A stretch of 64,000 nucleotides of DNA from Rhizomicrobium sp. GTDB taxonomy: Bacteria > Pseudomonadota > Alphaproteobacteria > Micropepsales > Micropepsaceae. A program made the translations under genes and the position numbers. The notes beneath the pieces are model-generated. The model was not told the origin of the DNA, made no database searches, and saw nothing but the letters and a program-made list of their open reading frames with translations. Positions 10,096 through 19,680 of the stretch are shown here, piece after piece (position 1 is the stretch's first letter; every line of letters begins with the position of its first letter). The stretch spans positions 9,378-73,377 of the forward strand of contig DASZRM010000093.1 of NCBI GenBank assembly GCA_035549135.1, given 5' to 3'.

Positions 10096-11521
10096 GATGC
10101 CGGAGACGCTCGTGGAGCGCGCGTGGGCGTGGCTCCATGAAACCTTTCCTGAACGGCAAATTTATATCCGCAGCGACGGGCGGGTTCAGTTCTTCACCTT
10201 CAGCCCTCTGCTCCAGGCGACGCTCGCCGGTTTCTCGCTGATCTTCCTCGGCTGGGTGGCCTTCTCGACCGTCAACGTGATCTTCAAGGACAGGATCATC
10301 TCGGCCAAGGACCATCGCTATCAGCAGATGCAGACGGCTTATGAGAACCGTGTCGCCGACCTGCAGCAGTCCTACGACGAGCTCAACGGCGCCCTCGTCT
10401 CGGCGGAAGACCGGTTCAAGGCGACGGCGGACGAACTTCAAACCAAGCAGAACACGATTCAGAATTTCATCGAGCGCAAGCGCCAGGTCGACGCGCTCGT
10501 CACCGCCCAGGACCGTGCGCCCGCGGCGAACGATGAAGTCCAGGGCCACGCTGGCTCCGCCGCCAGCGACAGTTTGGATGCGGCGGCTCCCGCGACCGAT
10601 CCCGGCATGGACGTCGGCGGCGGCGGGAGTTCGGCGTTACCCGTCTCGCCGCTGCCGGTTGCGCCGCAACCGCGGACGGCCAAACCGACTCATGCGAGCC
10701 TGCTCGACCTCGGAGGCGCTGTCGGCCGACTGGCGGGCGCGCTGTTCGGCAGGCGAGCGCCTACGCGAGCCGCGAGCGACCAGTTCAGCCGGCATCCGGC
10801 GCTGAAAATCCTGGCCGAGCAGACCGACCGCGTCAGCAAGATCGGCCGCGATGAAACGCAGCTGATGGTCGAGGCTCAGAGCGAAGTTTCCGCTGGGGTC
10901 GCCACGATCCGCGCATTGATGCGCAACGCCGGGATCGATTCCGACCGCTTCGCCGAGAAATATGCGCAAGCTTACGGCGTCGGCGGACCGGACATTCCGC
11001 TTCAAGCGGTGCGCATCGAAGGGATTTCGGACGGGGCTTTTCAAGAGGCCTATCTGCGGGCGCAGGCGGTTCTGACCCAAATGGACGAGCTCCTGGGGGC
11101 CATGCGCCATGTGCCGCTGACGGTTCCCGTAAGCGGCCCGCAATTCGAACGCACGAGCGGATTTGGTCCACGCATCGATCCCTTCACCGGACGCTACTCG
11201 TTCCACCCCGGAATTGATTTCGCCGGTCCGTGGGGATCGATCGTGCATTGCACGGCGCCGGGCAAAGTTGTCTGGGCCGGGCCGCACGGCGCCTATGGAA
11301 ATATGGTTGAAATTGACCATGGTCTCGGAATCCGCACGCGCTATGGCCATCTGTCGTCGATTCTCGTGCATGTCGGCGCTAAAGTCGCCAAGGGCGCGGT
11401 CATCGGAAAAGTTGGATCGACTGGACGCAGCACGGGACCGCATGTGCACTACGAAGTCTGGTATGACGACGTGGTGAGAAATCCGAATAAGTTCATAGAG
11501 GCTGGACGTCATGTTCTCTAG
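10096..11521 (+). CDS. membrane-anchored M23-family peptidoglycan metalloendopeptidase (cytoplasmic tail, TM, coiled coil, Pro/Ala linker, M23 domain)
   Basis: C-terminal FHPGIDFAG (HxxxD) ... GNMVEIDHGLGIRTRYGHL ... GSTGRSTGPHVHYEV (HxH) = intact LytM/M23 catalytic motifs. TM LAGFSLIFLGWVAFSTVNVIF. Start ambiguous (ATG 10096 or 10046); the track start 9944 overlaps the bcp stop. Confidence 0.85.
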
Positions 11522-12068
11522 TAGGAGTAAGGAAGCGGCGCCCGCCCCGGCGGCGACCGCGCAGCCGGCGGCGCAGCAGCAGAAGCGACCCATGCGGTCG
11601 GCGTCTGCGCCTTCGATCATCAGCGCCGATTTGGTCGTGAACGGCACGCTTACGTCAAACGGCGACATTCAGATCGATGGCAGGGTTGAGGGCAACGTGC
11701 ATTCCGCCGGTCTGGTGATCGGCGACAAGGCCAGCATTCAAGGGGACGTGACCGCCGAAGACGTCACGGTGCGCGGGCGCGTCAAAGGCAGCATTCGCGC
11801 TCGAAAGGTTCTGCTCGCCTCGACCTGTCATGTGGAAGGCGACATCCTGCACGAGGCCTTCGCCGTCGAGACCGGGGCCTTCTTCGAGGGGAATTGCCGG
11901 CATGCGGACAATCCGCTTGCGGACGAACGCGCCGAACGCCGCGCTCCAGCGCTCGCCAGCGCGCCTGTTGCGCCGGCTCCGCAGCCGGTCGTGGCTGCGC
12001 CGCGACCCGCCGATTCCGCGCCGAGACCGAGCGCAGCGACCTTTGCTCCGCTCAAGACCGGCGGCTGA
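11511..12068 (+). CDS. bactofilin-family cytoskeletal protein
   Basis: 185 aa; core ISADLVVNGTLTSNGDIQIDGRVEGNVHSAGLVIGDKASIQGDVTAEDVTVRGRVKGSIRARKVLLASTCHVEGDILHEAFAVETGAFFEG is a typical bactofilin beta-helix repeat, flanked by Pro/Ala-rich tails. Start overlaps the M23 gene stop by 11 nt. Confidence 0.88.
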   Translation: MFSSRSKEAAPAPAATAQPAAQQQKRPMRSASAPSIISADLVVNGTLTSNGDIQIDGRVEGNVHSAGLVIGDKASIQGDVTAEDVTVRGRVKGSIRARKVLLASTCHVEGDILHEAFAVETGAFFEGNCRHADNPLADERAERRAPALASAPVAPAPQPVVAAPRPADSAPRPSAATFAPLKTGG

Positions 12069-12094
12069 GTTCGGCCCGCCGCAAGCGCGCAAGC

Positions 12095-13226
<1,132 letters not shown>

Positions 13227-13287
13227 TTCGGCACCTCTGATCGGCGGCGATATAAGCGTTCGTCCGGCTTTGCGCAAACCCCCTCGC

Positions 13288-15114
13288 TCAGACGCCAAGT
13301 TCGCTCAAGCGAGTCTTTTCGAGCTCATTGGTGTATCGTTTGAGCGCATAGGCCTCGGTCAGATAGCCCACAAGTCTCGGATCGGAGCGGGACGCCAGTA
13401 CGGGCAGCGCTTCGATTTGGGCCTCCTCGAACCGCAAGAATGCGGTCCGCACGTTGTCCCCCGGAAGCAGAAACAGGTCACGCTCCTGGGCGAGGTCGGA
13501 CGCAACCAGACCGTCGAGCGCATCGTCAAGCTCTCGGTTGTGCGCTGTCACCAGGTCGATGACGCCCAGATATTTTCCGGCCTGGCTCACGACGTAGAGC
13601 CGCTTGGCCGAATCCGCGGGATAAAGATCGCGCAGCGCGCGCGCGCTCATCTGCTCCAAAACAACCTTCGGATCGGACCGCATAAGACGACCAACCGTCA
13701 TGTCCGCGACCCAGCCCACATCATGCGCGCCACGGATTCCAAGGCCGCGCAAATGAAACCGCCAGGTGGCGAAGGAATAGCCGAAGCTGAGGCGCGCGAT
13801 CGTTGAGGCGATGATGACCGCCACGAGGACCGCCACGGTCAGCGGGAAATCCTGCGTCGCCTCGAGCACCAGGAAGACCATAGTGAGCGGGGCGCCGATG
13901 ATGGCGGCGCCGACAGACGCCATGCCCGCCAGCATGTAGACGGACTTCCCGGCTACCAGGTCCGGCGCCAGTCCGCCGATCGCCTGGGAAAACGCGCTTC
14001 CGAGCAGCGCGCCGATGAACAGGGACGAGCTGAAGAGGCCGCCGCGAAATCCCGAGCCCACCGATACGGCCGACGCCACGATCTTCGCGGCGAGCAGCGC
14101 CGATAGCGCCAACCAAGGCCAGGCGCCGTCGAAATGCAACTGGATCGCGCCGTGACCGCTTCCGAGAACCTCCGGAGAATACAGCGCCACCAACGAGAGG
14201 GTTAGCCCGCCGACCAGGGGCCTTAGCCAATCCGGCGTCCGCGTCGCGCGCAATCCTCTCTCGGTCCAGGTGACCGCTAGCATCGTCAGCACGCCGACGG
14301 CCGCGGCGACCACGCCCATACCCGCCACAAGCGCGTAGCTTTCCGGGGAGAGCGGCAGGTCGCCGTGGACGCGAAACAGCGTCTGGGCATGGCCGATCGC
14401 GCGTTGAACCAGCACGGCGCACACCGAAGCCACCGCTACTGGCGCGAGCGCCCGCGGCGCATAGCTGCCAAGGATGAGCTCAAACCCGTAAAAGGCGCCT
14501 GCAAGTGGCGCATTGAACGCGGCGGCGATGGCTGCGGCCGCTCCCGCAGTGACCATGACGCGGGCGTCCGCGCGCCGCAGCCTTAGCGCCTGCGCCACAT
14601 AGGAGTAAATCGCGCCCCCCAGCTGGGTGAAGCCCGCCTCCATGCCCAGCGACATTCCCGCGCCATTTGAAATCAGCGTTGCAAAGGTCAGTCGAAGCGA
14701 GCCTGACAGAGACATCCGCCCGCCATAGAGCGCGTTGGCCTCGATGGGGTCGACGACCTCTGGCGCGCGCCAGCGCCTGGTGGCGAAAGCGAGAAGTCCC
14801 GCAAGCACGCCGCCGGCCGCAGGCACAAGCAATATGCGGCTGCGCGGCACGTCCGCCGCGGCGCTGAGGAATGCGTCGCGGGGCACAAGAAAGGTGAGGC
14901 TATGAATGAACATCACCGCTTCGTGGAGCAAGTCGACCACCGCTCCCACGAAAGCGCCGACCGCGGCGCATAGCACTATCTGGCCGAACTCGCTGGCGCG
15001 CAGCGTACGCTGGACAACGGCGAACGCGAGTTGCGCGCGTTGCCGGTACGCCCTCAATTGAGAGCGCGGCGCCAGTCCGGATATTGCGCCATTACCGTCG
15101 AGTTGCGCCTTCAA
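13288..15114 (-). CDS. ClC-family voltage-gated chloride channel protein with C-terminal CBS pair
   Basis: GAGMSLGMEAGFTQLG, VTAGAAAAIAAAFNAPLAGAFYGFELI, GSGFRGGLFSSSLFIGA (ClC selectivity-filter-like motifs), many TMs, CBS-like C-terminus. No in-frame ATG before TM1. Proposed TTG at 15114 overlaps the PBP1A stop (TTGA); start uncertain. The track extension to 15483 overlaps PBP1A. Confidence 0.8.
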   Translation of the reverse strand: MKAQLDGNGAISGLAPRSQLRAYRQRAQLAFAVVQRTLRASEFGQIVLCAAVGAFVGAVVDLLHEAVMFIHSLTFLVPRDAFLSAAADVPRSRILLVPAAGGVLAGLLAFATRRWRAPEVVDPIEANALYGGRMSLSGSLRLTFATLISNGAGMSLGMEAGFTQLGGAIYSYVAQALRLRRADARVMVTAGAAAAIAAAFNAPLAGAFYGFELILGSYAPRALAPVAVASVCAVLVQRAIGHAQTLFRVHGDLPLSPESYALVAGMGVVAAAVGVLTMLAVTWTERGLRATRTPDWLRPLVGGLTLSLVALYSPEVLGSGHGAIQLHFDGAWPWLALSALLAAKIVASAVSVGSGFRGGLFSSSLFIGALLGSAFSQAIGGLAPDLVAGKSVYMLAGMASVGAAIIGAPLTMVFLVLEATQDFPLTVAVLVAVIIASTIARLSFGYSFATWRFHLRGLGIRGAHDVGWVADMTVGRLMRSDPKVVLEQMSARALRDLYPADSAKRLYVVSQAGKYLGVIDLVTAHNRELDDALDGLVASDLAQERDLFLLPGDNVRTAFLRFEEAQIEALPVLASRSDPRLVGYLTEAYALKRYTNELEKTRLSELGV

Positions 15115-17714
15115 TACAATCCGCCAGTCCCCTCCCCCACATCGGCCGGCGCCGCTCCTGGCGCTGCGGCGGTTTGTCCGATCACCTCGTTGCTGGGCGC
15201 ATTCGGTTCGCCAGGCGCGGTGCCGGCCTTGAACGCCTCCATGATCGCATTCGGATCGGACGGTCCTGCAGGCTGACCGGTGATGGCGTCCGTTGAAACG
15301 AGCTCGATGCCGGGCGCCACCCGGAATGGCGTTGGCGGCTCGTCCGCCAGGGCGCCCATCATGAAATCGCGGAAGATCGGCGCGGCGGCTGTGGCGCCCT
15401 GTTCGTATTTGCCCAGCGTGCGAGGATTGTCGAAGCCCACGAAAACGCCGCAGGCCAGATCGGGCGAAAAGCCGACGAACCATGTGTCCTTGGCGTCATT
15501 CGAGGTGCCAGTCTTGCCGGCAAGCGGCTTTCCGACCGCGAGGATGGAGCGTCCGGTGCCGCGCTGCACCACCCCCTGAAGCATCGAAACGATCTGATAG
15601 GCGGTTCGCGGATCGATGAGCTGCGCGCGGGGATCGGCGAGCAGCGGTTCGGGTTGTCCGCGCCATTGCTTGACGTCGCAGCCCTCGCACACGCGCTGAT
15701 CGTGGCGCCAGATCGTCTTGCCAGTACGATCCTGAATGCGGTCGACAAGCGAGGCGCTGATCTTCTTGCCGCCGTTCACGAACTCCGAGTAACCCGTGGT
15801 CAAACGCATCAGCGTCGTCTCATAGGAGCCGAGCGCGTTGGCGAGATAGGGCGGCAAATGGTCGTAGACGCCGAAGCGCTCTGCATAGGGCACGATCTTC
15901 GCCATGCCGATTTGCTGGGCCAGCCGCGCCGTCGCATTGTTCAACGAAAGCGCGATGGCCCGGCGCAAGGTCACCGGACCAAGAAATTTGTGGCCGAAAT
16001 TGGCGGGGCGCCAGAGGCCAAGTCCCGGCCCCTGGTCGACGACGACGGGGGCGTCCAGCACCTGGCTGACTGGCGTAAAGCCGGCGTCGAGCGCGGCGGC
16101 GTAGACGAACGGCTTGAAAGCCGAGCCAGGCTGACGCATCGCCTGCATGGCGCGATCGAATTGACTTGAGGCGTAGCTGAACCCGCCCGACATCGCCAAA
16201 ACGCGCCCGGTATGCGGATCCATCGCCACGATGGCGCCGTTGATTTCCGGCACCTGGCGCAGGCCGTAGTCACGCTTGCTGTCGACCGCCTCGACATAGA
16301 CGACGTCTCCGACCTTCAAAACGTCCTGAGGCTTGCTCGGCGCGGGGCCAACGAACATGCCCGGGAGCTGCCTTCGCGCCCATGCGAGCTCCTTGAACGG
16401 GATGGTTCCACGTGCCCCGCCCGAAAGTCCGATGCGGACTGACTTGTCGTCATTGAAGCCGAGGACCACGGCGACGCGCCAGGAGTCGATGCCGGACTGG
16501 TTCGGAAACAAAGCTAGGTTCGCCCTCCAATCGGCGACGTCCGCGATGTGGTTTTTCGCTCCGCGCCAGCCGTGCCGCCGATCGTATCGAACCAGCCCGG
16601 CGCGAAGCGCACTCACCGCATAATTTTGGAGACGAGTGTCCAGCGACGCGCGGACCTGCAATCCGCCGTCGTAAAGCGCATGTCCGCCATATTTGGCGTA
16701 GAGAAGGCGCCGAACTTCTTCGACATAGTAATCGGCATCCTGCGCCTGACTGCCGAGCGGACGCGTGCGCGTAACCAGCGGCTCTGCAATCGCCTCCTTG
16801 GCGGCGGCGTCGCTGATATACCCATTGTCGGCCATCTGGCCGATCACCCAGTTGCGCCGCTCCAGGGCGCCGCGCGGATTGCGAAGGGGATCATAGCTGC
16901 TCGGCGCCTTCGGCAAGGCAGCCAGGAAGGCCACTTCGGCGATGTCCAGCTGATCCAATGATTTGCCGAAATAGTTCAGCGCCGCCGCGGCCACGCCATA
17001 GGAGTTTTCGCCAAGATAAATTTCATTCAGGTAGAGTTCGAGAATCTTGTCTTTCGAATAGGTCGCGTCGATGCGGATCGCCAGAATCGCCTCGCGGATC
17101 TTGCGGGAGAACTTGACGTCGCTATTGAGCAGAAAATTCTTGGCTACTTGCTGGGTGATGGTCGATGCGCCTTCCAGGCGTTTGTGCTGAATTACGTTGA
17201 ATATGTCCTTGACCGCGGCGCGAAGAATTCCGCCGGGATCGATGCCGGGATGGCTGAAGAAGTTGCGGTCTTCCGCGGAGGTGAAGGCGTCGATCACCAA
17301 TTTCGGAACGAAACCGATCGGAACGAAAATGCGCCGCTCGCGGGCGTATTCGCCCAGCAGCGTGCCGTCGCCCGCATAGACGCGCGTGGTGACGGGCGGC
17401 CGGTAGTTCTGCAGCGCCTCGACGCTGGGCAAATCGCGCGTCAGAGTCCATACATAGAAGACGATCGCCAGCGCGCCTGCGGCGGCGATGGCGGCGGCGC
17501 CGAGGCCCGCGTAGAAGAGGATGAATCCCCATCCGCGGCGGCGCTGGGGCAGATCCTCCGGCTCAACCGGGGGCGGTGGGGGGGGCAGCGCCGGTTCCGG
17601 CGCAATGGCCGGTGTTTCAGCTCCGGACTCTGGATTGTCCAGGCGAGCGCGCGCAGGAGCGGCTGGCGCGCTTTCCTCCAATACCGGGGGGGAATCTTCA
17701 GGACGATCGGTCAT
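15111..17714 (-). CDS. mrcA: penicillin-binding protein 1A (bifunctional glycosyltransferase/transpeptidase)
   Basis: 867 aa; GT51 motifs FTSAEDRNFFSHPGID, GASTITQQVAKN; transpeptidase SAFKPF (SxxK), GKTGTSND (KTG). Confidence 0.92.
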   Translation of the reverse strand: MTDRPEDSPPVLEESAPAAPARARLDNPESGAETPAIAPEPALPPPPPPVEPEDLPQRRRGWGFILFYAGLGAAAIAAAGALAIVFYVWTLTRDLPSVEALQNYRPPVTTRVYAGDGTLLGEYARERRIFVPIGFVPKLVIDAFTSAEDRNFFSHPGIDPGGILRAAVKDIFNVIQHKRLEGASTITQQVAKNFLLNSDVKFSRKIREAILAIRIDATYSKDKILELYLNEIYLGENSYGVAAAALNYFGKSLDQLDIAEVAFLAALPKAPSSYDPLRNPRGALERRNWVIGQMADNGYISDAAAKEAIAEPLVTRTRPLGSQAQDADYYVEEVRRLLYAKYGGHALYDGGLQVRASLDTRLQNYAVSALRAGLVRYDRRHGWRGAKNHIADVADWRANLALFPNQSGIDSWRVAVVLGFNDDKSVRIGLSGGARGTIPFKELAWARRQLPGMFVGPAPSKPQDVLKVGDVVYVEAVDSKRDYGLRQVPEINGAIVAMDPHTGRVLAMSGGFSYASSQFDRAMQAMRQPGSAFKPFVYAAALDAGFTPVSQVLDAPVVVDQGPGLGLWRPANFGHKFLGPVTLRRAIALSLNNATARLAQQIGMAKIVPYAERFGVYDHLPPYLANALGSYETTLMRLTTGYSEFVNGGKKISASLVDRIQDRTGKTIWRHDQRVCEGCDVKQWRGQPEPLLADPRAQLIDPRTAYQIVSMLQGVVQRGTGRSILAVGKPLAGKTGTSNDAKDTWFVGFSPDLACGVFVGFDNPRTLGKYEQGATAAAPIFRDFMMGALADEPPTPFRVAPGIELVSTDAITGQPAGPSDPNAIMEAFKAGTAPGEPNAPSNEVIGQTAAAPGAAPADVGEGTGGLY

Positions 17715-17747
17715 GGCGACGGATTATGGCCCGATCGCGGGTTTGCG

Positions 17748-19106
17748 TCACTCAGATACCGCAGCCGCCGCATCCGGCGCGGCCGAAACCGGGGCAAAAT
17801 GCCGCTCCACCGCATGCGCTATGGCGCCCGCCACCCGCTCGCGCCAGCGCGCTGTATTCATTTGAGCCGCGTCCTGAGCGTTGGAGAGGTACCCCAACTC
17901 GATCAGCACCGAAGGAACATCTGGGGCCTTCAGCACCACGAATGCCGCAGAACGGTGCGGCTGGCGCGGCAGGATATCCGTAGCGCGAGACAGCGAATTC
18001 ACGATGAGCTGCGCAAAACGCGAAGATTTGTTCATCGTGTCGCGCTGTTCGAGATCGAGCAGGATGGGCGCGACGGCGGAGTTTTCGCCGCCAAGGTCGA
18101 CGCCCGCGATGATGTCGGACTGGTTTTCCTTTTGGGCGAGCGCCGCCGCTTCCTTGTCCGAGCCGGACTCGGAGAGGGTATATACCGAAAGACCGGTGAC
18201 GCCCGGGTCGGGGTTGGAATCGGCGTGCAGCGAAATGAAAACATCGGCGTGGCGAGCGCGCGCGATGGCGACGCGCTCGCGTAACGGAATGAAGACATCC
18301 GTTTCTCGGGTCATGTAGACCTTGTAACGGGGATCGCGCTTCAGCAAGCGGGCCAATCTCAGCCCCTCGTCCAGAACGAGGTCGCGTTCGAGCAACCCGT
18401 TGACGCCGCTTGTGCCGGCGTCGATGCCGCCATGGCCCGGATCGATGACCACGACTCTTTTGCCTGCGCCGGGGGGCTCAATCCCAGCCCCGGACGCGGA
18501 CGCCACGCGTTCGGCTGCCGCTTCGCGCGCCTTGAGATCGGCCGGCCAGCCCGCGGTGCGGTCAAACTTGGCCTGCGTCGTGGGGAACAGATCGATGACG
18601 ACGCGGTAGCCAAATCCATGCTCCGGTGGAATGACCAGCGGGTCCGACACGGCGACCGGTTGATTCAGATCGATCACGAACCGTGAATTCCCCGGCCGGA
18701 ACAGGCCGTATCGATAGCTGTGAATGGCGCCGTGGCCCGAAGGCCTTGGGGGACCCTCAAGATGCCACTGGACCGCCGGCAGATCGATTACGACTCTGTT
18801 GGGGCGATTGAGCGTGAATGTTCGCAGATCCACCGGATCGGACAGCTCGATGACAAAACGGGTGCGATCGGAATGATCGCCAATCCGCGCGCTCATAACG
18901 ATAGGCTCAAGTCCGACGCGCTTGCCGGTGGAACTACCCAAGGAGGACGGCTTTTCGGTGGCCTTATCCGCGCTCAGCACGTGGGCGATGATGTCGTCCA
19001 CCGATTTTGGCTGGCTCTCGGGCGCATTGGCCGCCCCGGCTCCGACTGCGCATAGACATAGGCCGGCTATGGCGCAGACCGATCTGAGGCGAAAAACCGA
19101 AGGCAT
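17748..19106 (-). CDS. N-acetylmuramoyl-L-alanine amidase (AmiC-type, AMIN domain + Amidase_3)
   Basis: Signal peptide MPSVFRLRSVCAIAGLCLCAVGAGAANA; AMIN-like TRFVIELSDPVDLRTFTLNRPNRVVIDLPAV; catalytic VVVIDPGHGGIDAGT...FISLHADS...SVLIELGYLSN. Confidence 0.88.
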   Translation of the reverse strand: MPSVFRLRSVCAIAGLCLCAVGAGAANAPESQPKSVDDIIAHVLSADKATEKPSSLGSSTGKRVGLEPIVMSARIGDHSDRTRFVIELSDPVDLRTFTLNRPNRVVIDLPAVQWHLEGPPRPSGHGAIHSYRYGLFRPGNSRFVIDLNQPVAVSDPLVIPPEHGFGYRVVIDLFPTTQAKFDRTAGWPADLKAREAAAERVASASGAGIEPPGAGKRVVVIDPGHGGIDAGTSGVNGLLERDLVLDEGLRLARLLKRDPRYKVYMTRETDVFIPLRERVAIARARHADVFISLHADSNPDPGVTGLSVYTLSESGSDKEAAALAQKENQSDIIAGVDLGGENSAVAPILLDLEQRDTMNKSSRFAQLIVNSLSRATDILPRQPHRSAAFVVLKAPDVPSVLIELGYLSNAQDAAQMNTARWRERVAGAIAHAVERHFAPVSAAPDAAAAVSE

Positions 19107-19680
19107 GGGAGGCCCTTCCGAAGCCCGGAGACTCAGCGACGAACTATTTACGATTCGTTAGCACAAGCGGCAGGCCGGCGCGCGAAACCGGGGCCGCTTG
19201 GCGCTGATTCGGCAGCTGAAAACAGCAGGCGCGACCCGCTGCGATCGTGCGCAAATCCGGCTGTTCCGGCCCACATTAACTCCATGTTAGCCAAGCGGGG
19301 CCTTAGGTTTGGCCAATATCCCTTGCCCCGGCCCTGACGGGCGCCTACAAGGGATGCAAGTTGCGTCGCCTGGGCCGGTTCCTCGGCCAAAGGCGCAGTG
19401 GTTCGGAAGGCGTCAATTCCTCAGATCCTGGTTCACGCCCACGCCACCCATTGCAGCGCAGCGCTTCTTCGCAGCGGCGAGCCGCTTCGATCCGAACTGC
19501 GCCGGCCCGAGCCGGCGGAACTGCGACCTCTGATGAATGACGGAATGCGAGCCTGCCCTGCCAATCCAGCGGTCGATCCGCGGATGAAGGCCTCGCGTCT
19601 CCCTGCCCTAACCAAGCCGCATCGCCAACCGTCTGCGCCTCGAAGCGCGACGACGAGAGCGGGCGCGCCCGGAGAATTCA
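19107..19680 (+). promoter_or_regulatory. long non-coding leader/promoter region upstream of rne (possible autoregulatory 5' UTR)
   Basis: 574-bp gap with no credible ORF between divergent amidase and rne. GC-rich with many short hairpins. RNase E genes are known to carry long structured autoregulated leaders. TSS not identifiable by eye. Confidence 0.3.

Noticed and set aside
15115-15483. N-terminal extension of the 731-aa ClC ORF
   Set aside because: It overlaps the C-terminal coding region of PBP1A in another frame and is Arg-rich (MVRRLFARSGLRRFRGLRQ...). The recognisable ClC sequence starts only after the PBP1A stop.
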